Shown: piece by piece, positions 56,342-64,000 of the stretch | Layout of the letters: each line of letters starts with the position of its first letter | How positions within the stretch are numbered: the first letter of the stretch is position 1 | Assembly: GCF_000315625.1 (NCBI RefSeq) | Contig: NW_005434525.1 | Span: 69,447 to 133,446, forward strand | Direction: 5' to 3' | From: Guillardia theta CCMP2712 | Lineage: Eukaryota; Protista; Cryptophyta | DNA: 64,000 nt | The notes under the pieces: model-generated | What the model was told of the DNA's origin: nothing | Seen by the model: only the letters and a program-made list of their open reading frames with translations | Databases searched by the model: none | Made by a program: the position numbers and the translations under genes

Positions 56342-59300
56342 TAGGGGAGATCCCCTGGAGTCTACGGGAAAACAATAAAGAGTACGGAGCAGCGGCGCTG
56401 CTCAACTCAGGAGAAGATGGATTTCTCTCTGAGGACGTTATGGAGGCATTAATCGTTGAGGTAAACCGAAATTTAGAACCAGCGGAAGACAGATTTGAAA
56501 TAGCATGGCTCCAAGGCACGAGGTATGCCAGCGAGCAAACTAGAAACCAATTTGGGCTGCAGAGAGGGACCATTGTTCTCCCGAGAATAGTAGCGGGTTT
56601 GAGAGATCAGGAGGGAAGGGCAAGGAGAGCAAAGCGACTGTTAGCCGGAGCAGATCAACCATTATTATTCCCATGCGTAGAAAACGGCAATCATTGGATC
56701 CTAATCGTGGCAGATGTCAACACAAAAAGAATACACATCGTCGACTCGCTCAACACGGCCGGGGAGAGAGACCTGGGGACAGTCAGAAGTCAAAGGGATG
56801 CACAGTTTCAATTGGGGGGCGCACAGCGAATGGACCTAGCATCACTCGTGGCGACGATCATCACCGAGGCAATTAGCGACCAACAAGAACAAGACGACAA
56901 GGCATGGAGGGCATGTGTGTCAACGGGACTGCAACAAACGGACGGCTACAACTGCGGAATTTTTGTACTACTGCATCTGCTACTGATCGCAAAGACACGA
57001 AAGCAGACGCAACAACACGATATCTTCAACATAGGTAGGCAACAAGGCGTCCCGCCACACCAACAATGGCTCGTGAGAACAAGGCACCTGCTGCTGGATG
57101 GGCTCTGGGGAGGGGGTCTAGAACAAGTGCACATGCGAGAAACGATCCAATGCATCTGCAGAGCGTTACAACACGCGCAAGAAACAGGCTACAAGGAATG
57201 GCAAGCAGCAAAGCTCACCATGGAACGTAGACCTAACCAGATGGAAAGGCGAGAGAATGGCCAAAAACGCGCAGGCGAGCTTCAGATGACCCAGGTAGCC
57301 GAAGATGCATGGCTAGAGGAGAGATGGAAAGACGGAGCGGCCCTGCAAATACCAGACAGGTCAGCACAGGGGGACATCCTGCCATACCCCCCTCCACCAC
57401 CTCCCGCCCCATGCCCCGTCTCTCCACTCCAGCCACCTTCCCCCCCACCAGACATGCACGCAGAGACAAACTCGAAGCACGACAAGGAGACTAGGGGGGA
57501 GGAAGAGCCATCAGCCCCAACGAAGATGCAAGAGAGGCACGCGTCTCACCTTCAATGGGCATCGGAGGCGGAGGAGCAAATCCTAACAGCAAGCAGCAAC
57601 GCACACGAGGCTACCACCGATAGGTCAGTGCACTCAGCATGGGTGGAAACCCACAAGAAGGACAACGCTCCAGGCAACATCATCTCTCAAAATGTCAATG
57701 GATGCAGTCAATTCGTGCTGAAACACATCCTGGCATATTTGATTGAGAAGTATCATCCATCTATTGTCATGTTGCAGGAAGTCAGGGTGGGGCGTGGTAA
57801 GAAAAAGGAAACAGATCTCCGAATGATGATCAAGAAAGAATGGGGTGTTTATGACCAAGGGTACAGGGTTTGGGAGAAAGGGTAAGAGTGATCTACGCCT
57901 TGTGATACTGGCGCATGCTGACCTTCTCCCGCGCCCCCCCTCCTCGCCAAATGGTACAGCATTGGAGGGGGCACACAGACAAAAAATACAAGTTTTACAG
58001 ATCTCACGAAAAAAAGAAAACATACTTTTGTGTAACATTCATATGCCAGTGGCGACGGAGGAGGGGGAACAAGACAGCATGTGGAAGGCGCTAAGCCAGA
58101 TGCTCAAGCCAGACCCAAACATCAAGCTCATCATCATCGGAGGCGACTTCAATGCATCTCGACAACATCCAGAGATCCCCATGAGAATAGGATACGGAAG
58201 CAATTCGAGTGTACACCGTGCAGATGAGAAAATGGAGCAAGTCTTAAATGAGCTTGGGCGAGTCCAGACAGTCACCTGCGAGAAGATGTGCAAAAGCAGC
58301 ACACACTTCACCTTCTCCACATGGTACAAGCAGGGTCACCACCAAGCGAAATTGGATCATATCTTTGCTTTCCATCATCCATCTCGCACAGTAAGCCTGA
58401 TATCGCAGACCGCAGAAGACTGCATCATAGGAGCTGCCGTCGACCACAGAGCACTCGTAGTGAATGTGAGCTCGCTCGATGCTGAGGGGGAGCAAGCCAT
58501 CCCAAAGATTGAAATTCTCCCGCAAAGGAGAGATCGAGAAGCAATTCCTCGACGAAAGAAAAGGGTGGTCGAGATGGACAAGTTATCAGGAAGATTAGGT
58601 GTAGAATGGGCAATAGCACTGGATGAGAAGATAACAGCGGCAAAAGCCCTACACCAAGACTTGGACATTCTCGAACTGATAACAACAGCCCTCCCCACCA
58701 AGGAAATCCCCCTACGAGGCTCAGGCGGTAAACGACATGCATCTAAGATTCAGATGGATCTGAAACGGAAACTCAAGCAACTTCAAAGGGATCTGAGAAG
58801 CGCATCAGAAATTCCAGACTTTATTGATCGGGCACACAAGGAGTCAAGCTTACACGCAGAAATAAGAGAGAATATGACCAAATTCAAAGAGATCTGCGCA
58901 GCACAGGACCAAGAGATATTTCTGAAAACATGCGAAGAACGAAGAAGACGCTTGGGGACGATAGGGAGTAAAGAGTCTCAAAATGCAATGGGCAAGAAGT
59001 CAGACTTTAAGCCCAAAGCCCCAATGCTGAGTCAACTGTCAGAGAAGTGCCACCCAAATACAATCGAACTTACGTCATGGAGGGATCTCCAGCCAGCGCT
59101 GCAACAGCCGGAGACAGCATATCTTCAAGAACTGAACCCGTTAATCGAAACATTCTTACAAAGCAGCTCCAAAGAATCAAGCAAAACCTTTTGGAATGCA
59201 AGACATCAAACCATGCTACACGTCGAGACTCTCGGGGCGAGAAACCAGGCAACACAAAAGCTGTCCATAACTCTGGCGCCTGCACACGCAATCGTACCCA

Positions 59301-62300
59301 TCATCCGAGGACTGATCACCCGGGGGCAGCCAGGAGGGTGGCGCTTAGTAGGATACAAAAACATCGAGCAATTCATCCCCATGAGATTGGCAAGAGACCT
59401 CGAAGATGAAACCCACACGGCAACCTTCTTTGCAGTGAACGGCTGTACATTGAACGGAACATGCGCACGGGCTGAATGTCAAACAAAGGGAAGAATGATT
59501 CCGCTGTACGACAAACGTCAGGAAAACAAAGAACCAAAGATCCTCTTCTTCTGCAAAAGCTGTCAATTATTCACTACCATCAAACCACCGGACTTCGACC
59601 CCCCAGATCAAATCAATCAATATCAGACCAGGGAGATAGAAATAGCATACCCGCTGGAGCCAGGAGAGATTCAGGTCTGGATCCAAAGACTATCCAACCG
59701 CAAGGCAGCAGGCATGGATTTGATCTCAAATGAGATCCTGAAAGCTCTACCTGATAGCGCAAAGGAGGAGATAGGGGAATATGCTGGCAAGGGTCAGGCT
59801 CTTACCAAAAAATGAGCTCTGTCATGTCCTGGAGAACCAACGACCTATATGAGCTCTGTCACGTCCTGGAGAACCAACGACCTATATGCGTCCTCTCCTC
59901 GGTGACGCGGATCTTCCAGGCGGTCTGCTGACGAACAACCAGGAAGGTTTCAGACCAGAGGGAGGGACGATCCGGCAGGGCCATCGTCTACTCAACATCA
60001 TCGAGGAGGCTCAGAGCAATCAACACACCCTCATCCTGTTATACCTTGACTTTGCAAACTTTTTTAACAACGTGGCAGTCGAATCCATCGCAAAAATCAT
60101 GGAAGTATATGGCTTCCATCAGCGTGATGTAGACGTGGTGATAGCACTGCAGATTCAAACAGAGAGGTTCGAAACGGCAGCCATCCCGCTTCTCAGGGGA
60201 TTTCTCAGGGGATTACCTCAAGGCAGTCCTGCAAGTCCTCCCAAAACAAATCTACTGCTCAGCATCCTGTCCAGACAACTCGATCAACAACAAGACGAGA
60301 TTGCAACTCAGCATCCCAACAACCTGTCATTCGCAGATGACCTTGTACTGATAGCCAACTCAGTGAGGGAAATGAAAACACTAGTTCAAGTGGTAGAGCG
60401 ATTCTGTAGATGGAGTGGATTAGAACTGAACACGAAGAAATCTGAAATCACCAGCTTTGATTATCGGCAAAACATCAAGTTCTTCGACAAGGAGTTTGTG
60501 AACCTACCACCGACGAAATGGTTCAAATATCTAGGGATTCGAATCAGCTTGTGGCGATCAGGAGGAAGAGGCAACAGGGTGCACACCTGCCCCTTCACGT
60601 GGGGAGAGAAGGAGCATATCTTCGAAAAGACCAGGGAACTGACAAACCTGATTGAATCATCGGCCTACTCTGCAGCCCAGAAATACTACCTAGTCAAAGT
60701 AGGTATCGTGAATATCTTTCGATACTCAGCGGTACTCGTTAGCTGGACGTGGAAAGATTTACAAACCTTGGATAACCTCTGGACCAGAGCGTTCAAACGA
60801 GCTATGGGATTGAGTAAGAGCACAAGCAATGCGATTTTTCGCCTACCTTGGGACAGTGGAGGCCTCCAACTCCCCCATCCAGCACCCATCTTGGGAAGGG
60901 CGGCGATTCGGTATCTAGAGAAAGAAACGAATAAGAAATGCAGGGTGGATGATGATATCAAAAGCAGTCTGATCCACAAACTAACATCATGGTGCAACCA
61001 ATGGGGGTGCCAAACAATAAGCCAAGTACAACGAGAAATCAGATCGGGCAGACTCAACGAGATCGAAGAGATAAGGGGCCCAGAACGACTCGCAATATGG
61101 GTAGCGGAGAAAATGCAGACAACTATCAGCTGGGAAATGATTGAAAGCAAGATGAGACCGGGGACAATAGCTATGCTACACGACATTGAAGACAAGAGAA
61201 AACTCCCTGCTCCCAGAAGAACAATCCCTGCGTACATCTCCTGCTCGGCTCGGCAAGGCTGGGAGAGCTTTGCTAAGGCATGGAGAAAATTACCCCAAGT
61301 AGGCTATCACTACCTAACAAGTATCTTACCTGTTCCAGATACCGAAGGCATCTCCCTGCACCTACCCATTCGACTCTGGCCATTCCCAAAGCAACGGGAA
61401 CAGGCAGAAGAAATCCTTGCACGATATCTGCAAGTGAACGTCATCTGGGCAAAACTCGGTCAAGAGCAGGCAGGAACAGGGAAGAGAAGAAGGCCAGCCA
61501 GAGAGGAAGGGAAGCCCTCAAACAAGAGAAGGAAAGGAAAAAGGGAGGCTAGCCCACACGAGCTCCTGCCACCCACGAAACTAGCCAGACCGGACCAAGG
61601 GAGAGAGGAAACAAATAGGAGGGCTCATACCCGGGAGATTTTGAGGGAGCTCCTCCAACATGACGCTACTTACTATGGGGATGACAAGAATCAGCGAGAA
61701 AGATTCTGCTACACTTCAGGGCGCATACCTTTCAAAGTTCATGGAGACATCGCTATCTTTGAGCCGCCCCACACAGGAGTAAACACAACCTCGGACCCAC
61801 CAATAGAATGGGTGGAAGCGTCGCTGGACTCGGCTCCCTTCACATCTGCAACAAAGGAAGAAGAAGACGGGAATCACCGAAGAGAATGCAATCAAAGTAT
61901 CCATCTGGTGCTGGAAATAGTCAATATGTTGGACGACGGCGAAACAGAAGCTACAGCATGGTGGCAACAACTCGAAGAGGTAGTATCAGAGGTTCGCCAA
62001 GAAACAACACAACCATTGGCATACGAGTTTTTACAACACCTAGCAGAGATCACAGATTGTGACATCAGTACATTTCGTAACTGGCCGACACTACACACAC
62101 ATCCCCAGGCTCTGAGCAACAAGAGAGCAAAGGAACTGCAACGAGTGGTGGTTTGGATAGATAAACAAAAGAGATTTCGCGAGCACATCCTGCAAAACAC
62201 AATACATGTCATTCTGATAGGATGGAAGAATAACATTGATGAGATACCAGAAGGCTTCGAAATTATCAGCCGGATCCCGAAAGGCGCTCAGATAGCATAC

Positions 62301-63857
62301 GCAGCAAACTTTTGGGGAACAGGGAATCGTTGCCTGATGAAAACGTTAGAGGAGCTATGGATACTCGTCAAGCACACATTCCCAACATACCCCAGAGCTC
62401 AGCTTCATGACAACATCCTCCCAACGTATGAGGAGATGTGTAACCAACGAAGGGGTCAGATCCAGCCGCGCAGCGATCACCAAGGCGGAAGGCATTTCAC
62501 AGCAGCTATTGAAGGAGACGTCACACAGAGCAGAAAAAATAGAACCATGCGAATAGGGTATGTTCTCCAGCAACAAGCGACGGCAGCAGGAGGAGGGATG
62601 AAAATCAATGGGAAATGCAGCATCATTCGAGCGAATACAATTGCAATTGGCTTACTGTTCCAACATATCCTCGAGGAAGGGATACAAATCAAGAGGGGAA
62701 ATCAAGTCACAATCATGTATCAGTCCACCCGCTTTCACCGCTTCATCACGAATACATTACGCATTGATACCATGCGATACGAAGATGAACTGCTGGAGGA
62801 CCTACATGATCGATTACTCACTTGAATGAAGAAACTCGAGGGGAGAGGAATCAAGATCCGACTTCAATTAGCAAAAGAATCTGACCGACACATCCAAGAG
62901 GCAAAGGAGATGGCCAAACAAGCAAAACAAACATTTGCCTCGGGATGGGAGAAAGCGATTTATGACAGCGCAATGGAGTTCACCATCGCAGGAGAAGACA
63001 GTCCTACATCAGGAATGGATAGATTGAAGAAGTGGGACTATATAATTCGACAACAGGCAATGACTGCGAGGATTCGAGCGGGAGACCTCACCTTGACGGA
63101 GAAATTCATGCTTGAAGTACATGTGGGCAGAAACCTACTCGCGAAGGCGTTTAGAGTATGCCAAGGTTCATTCACACGAACAGCAATTCAAGCAATCACC
63201 TTCTCAGTACCGACGAGGAAGAAGCTCTTTCAATGGGGGAAGACTAACTCATCATGCTGCCCCCACTGTCCAGACCGAGAAGAAACCTGGGGGCATATTC
63301 AGCTGGCATGTCGGCAGTTTCAAGCAATGATCCAACAAGCACACAATCAAGTCATGAAGAAGATCAAGGTAAGACTGCAGCAGAGTTGGAGGAAACAAAG
63401 GCTACAGGTCACTACATGGTGGGAAACTCCAATGCGCATCGTGATGGAAGCGATGGGGACTTCAATGCACCAAGAAGGACAATGGATACCAGACGGTTGC
63501 TGCTACTTTACAAACATCAAACGCATCGTCATCATTGAATTCGCAAGGACATCGGAATATGACGGAGTCGAACACACAAGCCTGGAATGCCTGAAGAAGA
63601 AATTTCAGGAAAAAGAAGAGAAATATGCCGATCTACGAGCAGAAATCATAGCTCTGCTCCCTGACCATGAAGTTGAACAAGCAACATTCATAGCAGGAGT
63701 GAAAGGATCGATCATGGAGAGGGAATGGCATGAGAATTTCAGGAGGCTAAGGGTGGATGACACGGAATGGGAAAGCATCAAGACAGCAGCAATCAAGCAA
63801 CTGCTGGAGGTGCAACACATGCTATGGACGGCAAGAAGGGGAAGCGAGTCGACCTAG
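56251..63857 (+). pseudogene. Family B ORF2/pol, disrupted: Ulp1-like cysteine protease, APE endonuclease, RT, degenerate RNase H, CCHC knuckle, restriction-like endonuclease
   Basis: NHWIL..VDSL..QQTDGYNCG; SQNVNG, LQEVR, GGDFNA, LDHIF, VDHRA; KAAGMD, LLPK..NQRPI, QEGFR, LDF, PQGSPASP, FADD, KYLGI; CPHC..HIQLAC, AHN, IPDG, IIEF, KEEKY. Frameshifts near 57860 and 59780-59930 (including a 37-bp duplication); TGA at 62823 where copy B1 has TGC. Confidence 0.92.
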
Positions 63858-64000
63858 TCCGATGGGGGCAGGTGAGGGGGCAGGCGCGGCACAGGGGCAA
63901 GCCACCTATGGAGCACAGGCGGCAGGGAAGGAAAACAAGCCTAGCATCAAGGAGGCAGGCGCAGCTCATGGTCATGGAGGGAAGAGGTGGGCGACTGGGG

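Larger units (their letters stand above)
54009..64000 (+). mobile_element. Family B copy B4: near full-length autonomous-type non-LTR retrotransposon with dual endonucleases (3' UTR runs off the window)
   Basis: ORF1 followed by protease-APE-RT-RNaseH-like-CCHC-RLE; starts right after a TTTAGGG tract. Confidence 0.93.

Noticed and set aside
59600-60800. RT as telomerase or Penelope/Athena type
   Set aside because: Motifs and the flanking APE/RLE domains are those of non-LTR retrotransposons

Overview
Eukaryotic nuclear subtelomeric region. The short GT-AG introns, GA/CT microsatellites, TTTAGGG repeats and gene style suggest a cryptophyte-like alga such as Guillardia/Hanusia; this is inference. 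Bases 1-30.9 kb hold host genes: a receiver-cyclase-receiver protein, a coiled-coil protein, a Cys-rich single-pass membrane protein, a two-domain membrane adenylyl/guanylyl cyclase, a HET/TIR-like+TPR protein, an LRR-Roc-COR-TIR (ROCO) protein and a PD-(D/E)XK-like ORF. Two features stand out. (1) The 5' part of the ROCO gene is a ~107-bp tandem array in which every unit reads YAG-NNN-GTAAG on the gene strand. This gives ten consecutive candidate single-codon (3-nt) micro-exons separated by mutually homologous introns. (2) From 30.9 kb to the window end is a head-to-tail array of 11 non-LTR retroelement copies separated by ten short (TTTAGGG)n tracts. Family B is an autonomous-type element: ORF1, Ulp1-like protease, APE, RT, degenerate RNase H, CCHC knuckle and restriction-like endonuclease, i.e. 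a dual-endonuclease, Dualen-like layout; the most complete copy here is disrupted. Families A and C encode only a homologous ORF1. The three families share a 3'-terminal motif and have non-poly(A) tails; A and B carry family-specific 19-bp 5' tandem arrays. A, B and C are my working labels.
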